From positions 640,001-704,000 of the forward strand of contig OY829846.1 in NCBI GenBank assembly GCA_963691875.1: a stretch of DNA of 64,000 nt. Direction: 5' to 3'. This DNA is from Aureliella sp. (lineage in GTDB: Bacteria > Planctomycetota > Planctomycetia > Pirellulales > Pirellulaceae). This document shows positions 10,902 to 21,384 of the stretch, one piece after another (position 1 is the first letter of the stretch; each line of letters opens with the position of its first letter). The notes below the pieces were generated by a model. That model saw only the letters and a list, made by a program, of their open reading frames with translations, was not told the DNA's origin and searched no databases. The translations under genes and the position numbers were made by a program.

Positions 10902-11867
10902 ATGAAAGCGTTGCAGGTCACAGCACGTGGCCAAGCAGAGTTTGTTGACGCTCCGAAGCCGAAATTGCAGCCTGGCCACGTTCTTGTGAGACCGCGGCAT
11001 CTCGCACTCTGTGGAAGTGACATTTGGTTCATGGACCACGCTCCAAATGATAGGTTCCCCTGCAAAGTCGGGACAACTGGCCATGAGGTCATCGCAGAAG
11101 TCGTACAAGTTGCGGATGACTGCAAGGGTGTTTTTCGATCTGGCGAACTGACACTGACCTTGGTTCCGGATCACGGCGGCATGGCCGAGTTCTATCTCGC
11201 ACCGGTCGAGAACGCGTTGAGTTTGCCTTCCAAGAAGAGCCCCGAAGAGTATTTGATGGCTCAGCAGCTTGGTACTGTGATCTACGCCTGCCGCTTCGTT
11301 CCATCCTTCATCGGCAAGACAGTGGCAATCATCGGCCAGGGATCCGCGGGCATTTGGTTCAATGTCATGTGTAAGCGACTCGGCGCAAGACGAATAATCG
11401 CTTTGGATCACCACGAACATCGGCTTGCAGTGAGCCAATTCTATGGTGCAGACTTTGCCATCAACGGAGCTGCCAAAGACGTATTACAGCAGTTTGCAGC
11501 CTGCAACGAAGGCGAGCATGCCGATATCGTGATCGAGGCGGCAGGTCGCGAATCCTCAATCAACTTAAGCTATGAACTGGCTAAGGATTTCGAGGGATTT
11601 ATTTTGCAGTTCGGGTTGCCAAGAACGCCAATGCAAGTGGACTATGGGAAGATGTTCTGGAAGCGTTTAAACGTCAAGTCGATGGTGCATGCTGCCCGAG
11701 AGCCGCACCACAGTTCAACACGCTACGCCTTGGATCTCATTGACCAGGAGCTAGACGTTTCGCGGGTCATTACGCACCGAGTCGATTTCGATGCAGTGCA
11801 TCGCGCTTTCGAGTTACAACGCACTGCTAGCGATGGCGCGATCAAGACTTTGGTTGACATGCCTTAA
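10902..11867 (+). CDS. Zinc-binding (MDR) alcohol/sugar dehydrogenase
   Basis: LCGSD, GHE, GQGSAG Rossmann motif; structural-zinc Cys cluster absent. Confidence 0.9.
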   Translation: MKALQVTARGQAEFVDAPKPKLQPGHVLVRPRHLALCGSDIWFMDHAPNDRFPCKVGTTGHEVIAEVVQVADDCKGVFRSGELTLTLVPDHGGMAEFYLAPVENALSLPSKKSPEEYLMAQQLGTVIYACRFVPSFIGKTVAIIGQGSAGIWFNVMCKRLGARRIIALDHHEHRLAVSQFYGADFAINGAAKDVLQQFAACNEGEHADIVIEAAGRESSINLSYELAKDFEGFILQFGLPRTPMQVDYGKMFWKRLNVKSMVHAAREPHHSSTRYALDLIDQELDVSRVITHRVDFDAVHRAFELQRTASDGAIKTLVDMP

Positions 11868-11906
11868 TATATAGTCAGCGGTGGGCCAAAGCCTCAGGAG
11901 ACGACT

Positions 11907-12689
11907 TTGAATACGAACTCACTACGCCGTTTATGGAGCCAGGGAAAAGCGGCCGTCCAAGCGTGGGACATGACGGGTCATCCTGAAATCTGTAGCTTGA
12001 TGGCCGAGGCTGGTTACGATGCTGTAGTCTTAGACTGGCAACATGGGCCCGGCGTCACGGAGACGACCGTTGTGCCATGCATCGACGCGATCAACGCAGT
12101 ACCGGGTGTCGCGTCCCTGGTTCGCTTACCGAGTGTCAACGATTACTACATCTCCCATGTTCTGGATGCAGGTGCTTCTGGCGTGATCGTTCCGATGATC
12201 CGCTCGGCGGACGAAGCCCGAATTGCGGGCGCCGCCTGCCGGTATGCTCCAGAAGGACATCGCAGCATGGGCTACGCGCCGCATATGCGATCGGGAGAGA
12301 CACTACAGGAGTACACGTTGCGAGCCAATCGAGAAATCATCTGCTTGGTGATGATCGAAACAAAGGAAGCTCTTGAATGCGTCGAGGAGGTCTGCGGCGT
12401 GCCAGGAATTGATGGGCTCTACATCGGGCCGTTTGACTTATCGCTCAATATGGGTGTTGAGATCGCAACTTGGCCTGAAGATCCACGCCATCTGGCAGCC
12501 GCAGATAGGATCTTCTCGGCAGCCAAGCAAAAGAACTTAGTTGTGGGGCATCATGGTATGAATCCCGCGGTTTCAGCCAAGTTCGTTAAGTTGGGATCGC
12601 AACTCTGCCAGCTTGGTGGGAACACTTCGCTCTTTGAAAAAGCGGCGAAGGACGCACTTTTAGAGTTCCGACAAGAATTAGAGAATTAG
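11907..12689 (+). CDS. HpcH/HpaI aldolase family protein
   Basis: LDWQHG, LDAGASGVIVPMI, MIETKEA, GLYIGPFDLS. Confidence 0.9.
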   Translation: MNTNSLRRLWSQGKAAVQAWDMTGHPEICSLMAEAGYDAVVLDWQHGPGVTETTVVPCIDAINAVPGVASLVRLPSVNDYYISHVLDAGASGVIVPMIRSADEARIAGAACRYAPEGHRSMGYAPHMRSGETLQEYTLRANREIICLVMIETKEALECVEEVCGVPGIDGLYIGPFDLSLNMGVEIATWPEDPRHLAAADRIFSAAKQKNLVVGHHGMNPAVSAKFVKLGSQLCQLGGNTSLFEKAAKDALLEFRQELEN

Positions 12690-12698
12690 GAAATTTCA

Positions 12699-13394
12699 AT
12701 GGAACAGAAGAAAGCCTTAGTAACAGGCGGCACTTCGGGAATCGGGCTCGCCACGGTCAAAATGTTGTTGGATCGCGGATGCGAGGTTGTCACCATCAGT
12801 CGTGACCCGAGCCGAGTTACCGATTTGCCGAAGAATATTACCTGCGAGGCTGCTGACGTCCGTGACCGCGGGGCACTTGCCGAAGTTTTTGCCAAGTACT
12901 CCGGTATCAATTACCTCGTTTGCGCAGCCACCGGAGGCGAACGGGCGATGGGGCCATTCCTCGAGATGGACCTGGACGCATATCAGCGTTCCTTCGATAA
13001 ACTATGGGGCTATGCGAACTGTGTGCGACTAGCAGCAGAACACCTCAGCCCCCGCGCATCGATTGTTTTAGTCAGCGGAACGCCCGCACGTCGCGCGAAG
13101 CCAGGGCAAGTTTCCTTGGCAAGTGTTGGTGGAGCCATTGAGGCATTCTGCCGAACCATTGCTCCAGAGATTGTTCCCCGACGTATCAATGTGGTATCTC
13201 CTGGTCTAACAAGCACTCCGATGTTTGGAGGTATTGAGGAGCGGGAGGAACTGCTTGGCAACGCCACTGCAGGCCACCTAATACCGCGTCCGGGTAGACC
13301 AGAGGAAGTTGCAGAAGGAATTCTGTTCGTGCTGGAAAATGAATTCGTTACCGGCACCACTGTCGACGTCGACGGCGGATGGCTGCTCAGTTAG
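12699..13394 (+). CDS. Short-chain dehydrogenase/reductase
   Basis: TGGTSGIG, RINVVSPG, VDVDGG; canonical YxxxK not evident. Confidence 0.9.
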   Translation: MEQKKALVTGGTSGIGLATVKMLLDRGCEVVTISRDPSRVTDLPKNITCEAADVRDRGALAEVFAKYSGINYLVCAATGGERAMGPFLEMDLDAYQRSFDKLWGYANCVRLAAEHLSPRASIVLVSGTPARRAKPGQVSLASVGGAIEAFCRTIAPEIVPRRINVVSPGLTSTPMFGGIEEREELLGNATAGHLIPRPGRPEEVAEGILFVLENEFVTGTTVDVDGGWLLS

Positions 13395-13411
13395 CAAAAT
13401 CGCGGCTCGTT

Positions 13412-14428
13412 TTATCGCTTAGCCAACGCTTCGGCGGCTTCGATGGCAAAGTAAGTAAGGATCATGTCCGCGCCTGCTCTTCGAAAGGCCATGAGACTTT
13501 CGAGCATACAAGCCTCGCGATCTAGCCATCCATTGTGGGCGGCAGCAGAAATCATGGCGTACTCACCACTGACTTGATAGACTGCGGTCGGTACTTGGAA
13601 CTCACGTTTGATGCGCTCAACTATATCCAAGTACGGCATGCCGGGCTTGACCATCACGATGTCCGCACCTTCTTGCAAGTCTAGTGCAACCTCATGCAAA
13701 CCTTCATCGGTATTCGCGGGGCACATCTGGTACGTCTTCTTGTCCCCACTACCCAGATTGCCCTTCGAACCAACTGCATCACGAAAAGGACCATAAAAGG
13801 CAGAGGCGTATTTTGCGGAGTAAGCCATGATCAAGGTTTCTGACTGGCCAGCTGAATCCAAAGCCTCTCGAATTCTTCCAACTCGGCCATCCATCATGTC
13901 CGACGGTGCAATGATCGAACAGCCGGCCTCCGATTGAACGACTGATTGTTGGCACAGCACATCGAGTGTTTCGTCGTTTATGATCTTTCCATTGCGAACA
14001 AGGCCATCTTGGCCGTGATTCGTGTACGGATCGAGCGCCACATCGCAGGCAACCCCGATCTGATCCTGAAACTGATCTCTGATGCGTCGAACCGTTTCAC
14101 AAACCAAGTTGTTTGGATTCGTCGCCTCGCGCCCGTCTTCTGTCTTTAAGTCGCTCGGCGTAACAGGAAAGAGCGCGATGGCGGGAATGCCTAAGTCTAC
14201 GGCTCGCTGTACGTCACTCAGCAGCAAATCGGCTGATTTTCGAAAGACGCCTGGAAGGCTTTCGATCGGCTCTTGCTTGCTGTTGCCAGGCAAGACAAAT
14301 GCAGGCCAGATAAAGTCACTGGCGGAAAGGTGGTTTTCCTGAACAAGTTCGCGCGACCAAGGCATTTGCCGTAGTCTCCGCATTCGAGTACCGGGGTATG
14401 AGCCGCGGGAAGCGCGAAAGTTCGCCAT
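13412..14428 (-). CDS. hemB: Porphobilinogen synthase
   Basis: RMRRLR, APSDMMDGRV, YSAKYASAFYGPFRDA, MVKPG, YQVSGEY. Confidence 0.97.
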   Translation of the reverse strand: MANFRASRGSYPGTRMRRLRQMPWSRELVQENHLSASDFIWPAFVLPGNSKQEPIESLPGVFRKSADLLLSDVQRAVDLGIPAIALFPVTPSDLKTEDGREATNPNNLVCETVRRIRDQFQDQIGVACDVALDPYTNHGQDGLVRNGKIINDETLDVLCQQSVVQSEAGCSIIAPSDMMDGRVGRIREALDSAGQSETLIMAYSAKYASAFYGPFRDAVGSKGNLGSGDKKTYQMCPANTDEGLHEVALDLQEGADIVMVKPGMPYLDIVERIKREFQVPTAVYQVSGEYAMISAAAHNGWLDREACMLESLMAFRRAGADMILTYFAIEAAEALAKR

Positions 14429-14545
14429 TAATCCACACCTGAGAGTTTCCAAAGGAACCGTGCAGCTAGCCAGTTTTATGTTTGCTAGCTTGCCAGTATT
14501 CTAGTCCCAGCCTTTAAGTGGAAATAGGACGGGTAAGTTGCGAGC

Positions 14546-15211
14546 CTACAATGCCAGCTCGAGAAGTGGCATCAAGTCGGTAAAGATATCTTTTCTTGGC
14601 GGATGCCCAGCATCGCATCGCAGGACAAAATTTTGATCAACGAGTTGGAAGCAAGGGATCATCTCGCGAGTCTCTCGCGAAAGCATGCTGCTGTCGGCAA
14701 ACAATATCTCAGTTCCTTCTGGTAGCACTGGACCGAAATGCTCCGCCCATTGCTTTGCGTCATCTAGGGATGGTGCAGACACTCCGTCTGGACCATAGTA
14801 AATGACCTGGATCAACTGAAAGCGACTGTCTGAAAATTCGGTGTCAGTCGCAGCTGCGAAGTACTCTGCAAAGCTCTTCATATCCGGCTGTGGGACGACT
14901 TCGTTTAATCCACCTGCCAAGTTGCCGCCCGACAAAGCCTGACTCGACTTGCTTGCCATGGCGACGCTATTGATCACAAGCACTTTTCCGCGAAACTTCG
15001 ACAGCCGCACCTTCTCGCCGGAGGTCGTGTAAAGCTCGAGGTTCGGATAAGGGAGATTCACTTCAGCAGGCCACTGGAGCGTTGGGTTTACGGTACTCAC
15101 CGGACCATAAATCCAAGGCAGCATATAAGCTCGAACCAACTTGGGGTTCATGTAGGCAAAACCGCCTACGAGGGACAGGCCGAAGACGGCAAGAAACCCA
15201 ACAAATCGCAT
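14546..15211 (-). CDS. Membrane-anchored thioredoxin/redoxin-like protein
   Basis: N-terminal TM segment; GEKVRLSKFRGKVLVIN and IPCFQLVDQN resemble the TlpA/redoxin fold; no CxxC. Confidence 0.7.
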   Translation of the reverse strand: MRFVGFLAVFGLSLVGGFAYMNPKLVRAYMLPWIYGPVSTVNPTLQWPAEVNLPYPNLELYTTSGEKVRLSKFRGKVLVINSVAMASKSSQALSGGNLAGGLNEVVPQPDMKSFAEYFAAATDTEFSDSRFQLIQVIYYGPDGVSAPSLDDAKQWAEHFGPVLPEGTEILFADSSMLSRETREMIPCFQLVDQNFVLRCDAGHPPRKDIFTDLMPLLELAL

Positions 15212-15318
15212 GTGAAATCCGTACAGGTAAAAACTTCGAGCGTACCTGTAAGGTTTGGTTACAAAAAACACATTGGCAAACGAATGCAGCCCATTTCGCA
15301 AAAGCTGGACGGTAAGGC

Positions 15319-16533
15319 TTACCTTCCCGGATTTGCCTCCAAGTGAGCATTCAGCTGACTCACTTTTCCGTCTCGGAAAATCGTGATAGATACACGACTC
15401 CCTACCTTGGTCAAACCGACTTGCTTGACTAGGTGCCCGTCGTTTTCTATCTGCTTTCCGTTGAAGTCAAGGATGACATCGCCTTCCTTCAGGCCGCATT
15501 TGGCGGCAGGTGAATTCGGAATGACCACCTTCACTAACGCACCGGTGGTAGACTTAAGTCCCAGTCTACGTGCCGTGAAGATATCGAAGGCATTCTCGAG
15601 CTGAACTCCCAAGTAAGAACGATTGAGTTGACCCTGGCTCACCAGTTGACGCGCAACATTCAAAGCCATATTCATCGGGATGGAGAATCCGATCCCTTCA
15701 TTACCACCGGAGTTACTTGCAATTGCCGTATTGATGCCAATGATCTCTCCACGCAGATTGATCAGTGGTCCACCGCTGTTGCCCGGATTGATGGCGGCAT
15801 CTGTCTGGAAGAAATCTTGAATCTCAATTTCTTTCGATCCCAATTCAAGATTGCGACGGCCCTTAGCACTCAGGATCCCGTAGGTGACGGAATGGCTAAG
15901 TCCAAACGGGCTACCAACCGCGATAACAAAATCCCCAACCTCTGCGTTGTTGCTGTCGCCGATCACTGCAGGCGGTAGCTGCTGATTGGTGGCCAGCTTG
16001 AGAACAGCCACATCAGTCGAAGGATCCGTCCAGATCTTGGTCGCACGGAGAGGAATTCCCGCGTTGGTTTCGATCCGAATGGAATTCAGTTCTGCTGGAT
16101 GTATCACATGGCGATTCGTCAGTACAAAGGGTGCGCCATCAATGTCGATAATGATGCCGGCACCTGCTTCCTCAACCTTGCTACTTGAGAAGCCATTGCC
16201 AGTTTCTGCCCGCTTTGTCGCTTCTAAGTGCACAATGCTGGGGCTCACAAACTTCACGATGCGTCGCACGAAGTTGAATTGCCGCTCCAACGCCTCCGCT
16301 TCACGTTGCAGGTCAGCGTACTCAACGCGTCGATTTGTGTAGGTAGGCTGAACCGGGGCATTCAGCCTACCTGCTTCAAACGGCATGGCGTCTCGCGAAA
16401 CAGGTTTCGGGCGGACCAAGCTATCGACTGGCGCAGCAGGCTTGAGGGTTACCTGTGCCTGCGATGCAGAAGCGCAGGTCAGTCCAATTGCCAAACCGAA
16501 ATTGCGCATGAATTGTTCATATTTGGTCAACAT
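15319..16533 (-). CDS. HtrA/DegP-like trypsin serine protease with one PDZ domain
   Basis: TNRHV, DVAVL, QTDAAINPGNSGGPL, C-terminal PDZ (SPAAKCGLKEGDVI); signal peptide. Confidence 0.95.
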   Translation of the reverse strand: MLTKYEQFMRNFGLAIGLTCASASQAQVTLKPAAPVDSLVRPKPVSRDAMPFEAGRLNAPVQPTYTNRRVEYADLQREAEALERQFNFVRRIVKFVSPSIVHLEATKRAETGNGFSSSKVEEAGAGIIIDIDGAPFVLTNRHVIHPAELNSIRIETNAGIPLRATKIWTDPSTDVAVLKLATNQQLPPAVIGDSNNAEVGDFVIAVGSPFGLSHSVTYGILSAKGRRNLELGSKEIEIQDFFQTDAAINPGNSGGPLINLRGEIIGINTAIASNSGGNEGIGFSIPMNMALNVARQLVSQGQLNRSYLGVQLENAFDIFTARRLGLKSTTGALVKVVIPNSPAAKCGLKEGDVILDFNGKQIENDGHLVKQVGLTKVGSRVSITIFRDGKVSQLNAHLEANPGR

Positions 16534-17071
16534 GTCTACCTCAGTTGGCCAGCATTTTCACAGCACCAACTGACCCTTGATTGGAGTCTCAGATCACCCA
16601 TGAGCGAAAAGAGTTGAGGTCAGCGGTACCGCGATACCACGGGAACGCCGTCCAGAATCCGGTCTGAGCGACGCAAAATGTGGAATCGGCTGTCCTGCCG
16701 AGACACGTAGACGAGAAAATCAATGGGAAGGACCGAATGCAGGTTTTGCAGCCAATCGGCAAGTGAATTGCGCTCATCAATCGCGGTATAGCGGTCTGCC
16801 CTGATATAAGAAGTCCTCCGGTAAGTCCGATTCTGACGGCAGAAACCGTCGATCCTGATACCGTTTAGGATTGTAGGTTCCAAACTCCGCCATTGTCCAA
16901 TCTTAACGTTTGCACGAGGTTCCACTGTAGGTTTAGCGGTCATAGCGGCTGAACGGACACTTGGCCCGCGTCGACAAGGTCTTCCCCGCAACCTGTAGAT
17001 CTGGATCTTCCAAACCTGCGGACTCTACAGAGAAGAGTTTTGCTAGAAAAACGGCTAGCAGGAGAAAACGC

Positions 17072-17602
17072 ATGAAGAAGACGTACTCCGTTGCTACAAG
17101 TCGCGACGCCTTCATAGATTGAAAGGGCGGCGATGTATGTTGGCTCCTGCAGCAAGACATTACCACTCATGATACCAGTATCGAGGGTTTCTTCCCTACG
17201 CTGGATGGATTGATCATGGGGCGAATTACCCACAATTTCATTTTCAATTACGGAATCTGACCCTACGAGGATAAGCAAACATGGGTTCTAACATCTCGCC
17301 CACTTGCGAAACTGAATGGAGCTAACCTACGCGGATCGAACTCGATAGAAGACGTCATTTCTGAAGTCGAGCACCAGCATCTTAAAAAGCTCTGTTTGCT
17401 CGGAGGAGGCCAGCTTGCATCGAAATTCCTAGACCGGCAATTCCTCCCCTACCTTTCGATTGCAGAACTCCCGAATGACCTCTTCTCAGGCATTCCCTTG
17501 TTCTCTCGCCGCAGCCTAGACAATATAGTTCATCTTAAGGGCGTCCGAGAAAAGAACGCATTTCGCTAGATTGACATCCGCCTGAATCAGCACCCTCAAT
17601 AA
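17072..17602 (+). pseudogene. Dihydrofolate reductase/RibD C-terminal family pseudogene
   Basis: AGGAG RBS then MKKTYSVATSRDAFID*KGGDVCWL...DGLIMGRIT...YGI*PYEDKQTWVLTSR...LLGGGQLASKFL...SGIPLF; in-frame stops at 17120, 17258 and 17567. Confidence 0.85.
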
Positions 17603-17727
17603 CCATGAGGAAATTGAGTGAGCGACAAAACGGTAGTGGCTAGTTCATCCATGCCCCTCTATTTAGGCACTGCAATTAATCAGCTTTTCATTCCGAAACG
17701 AAGCCTCAGAGCCGATGAAATTGGGCT

Positions 17728-19074
17728 CTAAGGATCAAAGCTGTCGTCAAACTTATTCTCGACTCCGCCTTCGCGACTCAACTTCACCGGTTGCGTGTTA
17801 CCTCGATCGTCGCGGATAAGGCAATTGGCAAAACGACTGCGACTTACATTCTTCAGCTGTAGTCCGACATCGCAATCCAAAACCGTCAGGCCGCTAACAT
17901 TCATGCGGTCACAATCAGTAAGCGACAAACCCGGGCCCGCTACCAAAGCAACGTGGAGCCCCGAGATTGTACAGTCTTTGCAGCTTCGAAGAACTAAACG
18001 ATTCAAGGCTTCTGCAGAATGACCATATGCATATCGTGGGTTCCTGTCAAAGCTATTCGGTCCGACCACGATATGCGAGCAGTTTTCGAGCAAGAGATTG
18101 TGCTGAAAACCCATCCAGCAAGTATTGCCTGTGATGGTAACGCCACGGCAAGAGTCAAGCCAAATATTGTGTTGTACATCGCTCAGGATATTTCCCGTGA
18201 TGGTGATATGGCCTTCTCGGATCTTCGGCAATTTCGCCGTTGGCTTGCTTTCGCCGTGAATGCGAATGTTTGCAGAGTTTGCTTCTTTGTCACTGTGTTG
18301 GATTGTGCAGCCCGTGATCGCCACTTCCGCGGTCCCATAGTTGCTGCCACGGCAGTCAATGAATACGTTCGCGGTTGGCTTCTCATCAGCCGACATGTTG
18401 CTTTCTAGGTCACATCCCGTGATGTGCAAGTTGCGAACATTTCCGGCACGTGAAACGATGCCTCCTTGGTCGCAATAACTGATGTGACAACCTGTGACGT
18501 TGATCTGATGCAGATTCACGTTATCCAAGAGCAGCCCAACGCCAGAATTCTCGTAAATATGGCATGCCTCAACGATGACATTGCGGTTGTTTTTTACCAA
18601 GTGGATTCCGTGCCGCAACTTGCGCAGGTGAACTCGGGAAACGGTTAATTGCATTGTCCCAATAGCTTCAATGCCATCAGCTTCTGGATGGGCGCCTTGT
18701 ATGGCTATATCGAGTACTTGTGGCATGCGTTGCCGATCCCACACCCTTTGCTCGAAGCCGCCCGGGTCAGCCGACTTAAAATGCGTCCCTTTGAAACGGA
18801 AGACTGGTCCAGCACCTTGCATCACGATCTTAGTTGCGGAACTGCCTCGCAAAGCACAATAACCAAGTTTATCTAAATCGATCTCGATCGATCTGGTGAT
18901 CAGATATGTACCTGGCGGGATTTCAATCAACTTAAGGCCCGAATCGACTTGACTTTGGAGAGAATTCGTCGCATCCCGCTTGCCGTTCGCGAAATCGATG
19001 AGGTCATCTGCAGCCACGGTATAGTGCGCGATCGTTAGACCAATGAAGAAGATTGCTGCTAAGAATCGATTCAT
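17728..19074 (-). CDS. Secreted right-handed beta-helix repeat protein
   Basis: Signal peptide, IPPGTYLI, repeated ITGC/ITGN/VSG beta-helix turns. Confidence 0.85.
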   Translation of the reverse strand: MNRFLAAIFFIGLTIAHYTVAADDLIDFANGKRDATNSLQSQVDSGLKLIEIPPGTYLITRSIEIDLDKLGYCALRGSSATKIVMQGAGPVFRFKGTHFKSADPGGFEQRVWDRQRMPQVLDIAIQGAHPEADGIEAIGTMQLTVSRVHLRKLRHGIHLVKNNRNVIVEACHIYENSGVGLLLDNVNLHQINVTGCHISYCDQGGIVSRAGNVRNLHITGCDLESNMSADEKPTANVFIDCRGSNYGTAEVAITGCTIQHSDKEANSANIRIHGESKPTAKLPKIREGHITITGNILSDVQHNIWLDSCRGVTITGNTCWMGFQHNLLLENCSHIVVGPNSFDRNPRYAYGHSAEALNRLVLRSCKDCTISGLHVALVAGPGLSLTDCDRMNVSGLTVLDCDVGLQLKNVSRSRFANCLIRDDRGNTQPVKLSREGGVENKFDDSFDP

Positions 19075-19511
19075 TGTTTGTCCTCTGCTGGGGCAGTCTG
19101 ATTCTCAATTGGATTTGCGTGTTCCGGAGTGGCCTCTTGACTTGACGCGGCTGGGGCAGGCGGTGATCTTCGCCGCGGATCGGAGCTCGCGTTCATCAGA
19201 TCCGTCCCAAACATTAAAAACAAGGCAGAAGCAATAATGATGATTACTAGTCGTTCAATCAGCTTCATTGGTATTGCGGAAAGTGGAGCTAAAGCATCAC
19301 CTCCGACGACATTGGCCAGAATTAGGCTATAGGCGAGAAAGGAAACCATACACAGCATACCGCTCTGCGGGAGGAAAAACGCAAGTAATGCACAGACCTT
19401 GACGTTGATACTTGCGAACGCAAGCCATGCGAAGAAGCTAAGACCACGCTTGCCTTGGTGGTCTTCGACCGGATCATACGGATTCGGAACACGATTCGCC
19501 GCTCTTCTCAC
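19071..19511 (-). CDS. Hypothetical membrane protein (5' end uncertain)
   Basis: Three hydrophobic segments; stop overlaps the start of the beta-helix gene. Confidence 0.6.
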   Translation of the reverse strand: MRRAANRVPNPYDPVEDHQGKRGLSFFAWLAFASINVKVCALLAFFLPQSGMLCMVSFLAYSLILANVVGGDALAPLSAIPMKLIERLVIIIIASALFLMFGTDLMNASSDPRRRSPPAPAASSQEATPEHANPIENQTAPAEDKQ

Positions 19512-20863
19512 TGCGATATCAATTTTCGTCGTAAGGTTGCTGCCGCCGATCGCTCGCCATTCAGCTTAACCCGAAGACCGTCGTCGTGGATGCGTTAACG
19601 GATTTCTTCCAGCCGTTTCGCCGGGATTTTTTAAGAGAGTGTCATTGCAAACTTTCTGTTTCCGGATCTTTCCTCCTCCTTCAAATGACCCGTTACTTGC
19701 CCTCAACCGTGATACGGTGTCAGACCTTACGCTGCCCCGAGCTAATCGAACTCATGCTTATTCAGACATTGCGGAGGCCGCGGAGCAACTAGTGTTGGTT
19801 GTGGTGGGACCGAGATAGCTTGTGCCGGAATTGAAGGAAAAACGATCGCTTCCTCTAGCGCCTCTAGCGCAGTAACTTGCATCCGCTTTTGGCAACTCGA
19901 ACACTTCATAATCTCACGATACACTCGGGCATCTCCAGTGTGGCGCAACAGCTATAATTGACTTTGACAAACGCAAAACTACAAGAAGAAGACTGAACCG
20001 CAGACGCAGGTACTCGTTCAGTTTTTTCGTCGCTTTCTAGCAGGAGCACTTATCATCTGAAGCCCATGTATCCAGATGTTTTACCTCTCTATCAGTTCCG
20101 ACATCACTTCAGTTAGCAGCATGGCTCTAAAGAATCCATGTCAACCACCCGAAGTTGGCTTGCGTTTTTCATTGAGATCGATCCAGGCAGGAATGACGAG
20201 CTTAATGCAAACACCAGAGCGGGCCTAAAGACTAAGTCCTTGGATGTGACCATCGAAGTGACAACGACTGATAATCATCCGCAGCTGCCAATCCCCGTCC
20301 AATACGTCAATTATGACTAAATCTTTCAAGAGTTTCGTCCACCTCGATGGTACAAGCCTAACTAATGACAACGTCACCTTGCCTAGGCAAGAGGCCCTGT
20401 CCTACTTCTTCGATCCAGAATTGCCAGTTCGCTTAGATGGCAAGGCGTTGCACCTTATGACGCTTGTCGAGACTCTCGAGATAAGGCTGCACAGCTCTGC
20501 TCTGATTAGCTCGCGCGGCTTGAGGAATCCGGGGTTTCAGCAACGATATGTGCTCACTTCATGTCAGCAAAGATTGTTCGCACAAATCTACAAGACAAAC
20601 TCTTGGGTTGGCAGGTGCTGGACGCTTTTACATTGACATCAGCGCGGCGGATGGTTTGTTGACGAAACTGCTTTCGAAAATGAGAAATTGAGGTTGATTG
20701 GAAACCATCCTTCTGTCGGCGAAAGCCGCGTCGACCTGTTGCCTGTTCTGACTCACTTGGATGGCAAATCTGAACATGATTTCTTTGGATTGATGGCACC
20801 AACGATTGGCGAGGGAATTCCGCACACATTGAATGTGGCTATCGAGCATTTGTTTTCAGAAAG

Positions 20864-21337
20864 CTAGTCGAACCACCATTCGACTACCTTGTAAGAATCC
20901 CACCAAAGGAGGTTCAGGGTTCCAGCGCAGAGTAGCATATAGAGCAATGTAAGTGCGAAACCAAGGAAGACTCGGCTATCGAGACGCATGCGTGCGGGAA
21001 AAAGGAAGCATAACGCCAGCCCTAGCGGAACGCATATCGGCCCAACCATCAAGACGATGCCAGGCAAATAGTAGAGGATCGTTAGCATCCCGCCGATGGA
21101 TTTGGGATCGTCGAGCATCGGCCGCGGACGGTGACCGAGCTCGTACCAAGCAAATAGCCAGACAGCATAGAACGAAAGGGCTAGCCACGCTGGATACAAA
21201 AACACAAGGAACCAGGCCGCGCGTTGGAAGCGAGCCGGGATGAGTTGTACACGTTCGTTGTTTTTCGCAACTTCCACTATTGAAGACGTCGCGATCGGAG
21301 TTTCGAACGGGTTTCGGCTTTCGGTCATGCTTTCCAA
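20864..21337 (-). CDS. Hypothetical membrane protein
   Basis: NPFETP N-terminal motif common in Planctomycete membrane proteins; 3 TM segments. Confidence 0.75.
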   Translation of the reverse strand: MESMTESRNPFETPIATSSIVEVAKNNERVQLIPARFQRAAWFLVFLYPAWLALSFYAVWLFAWYELGHRPRPMLDDPKSIGGMLTILYYLPGIVLMVGPICVPLGLALCFLFPARMRLDSRVFLGFALTLLYMLLCAGTLNLLWWDSYKVVEWWFD

Positions 21338-21384
21338 CTGTTTGCAACAGACGTGAATTTTATGGCTTCGTCGTCCCGACGAAA

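Noticed and set aside
17118..17262. TGA recoding (Trp or Sec) in the DHFR-like gene
   Set aside because: Many normal genes here end in TGA, a TAG is also present, and other conserved motifs are eroded
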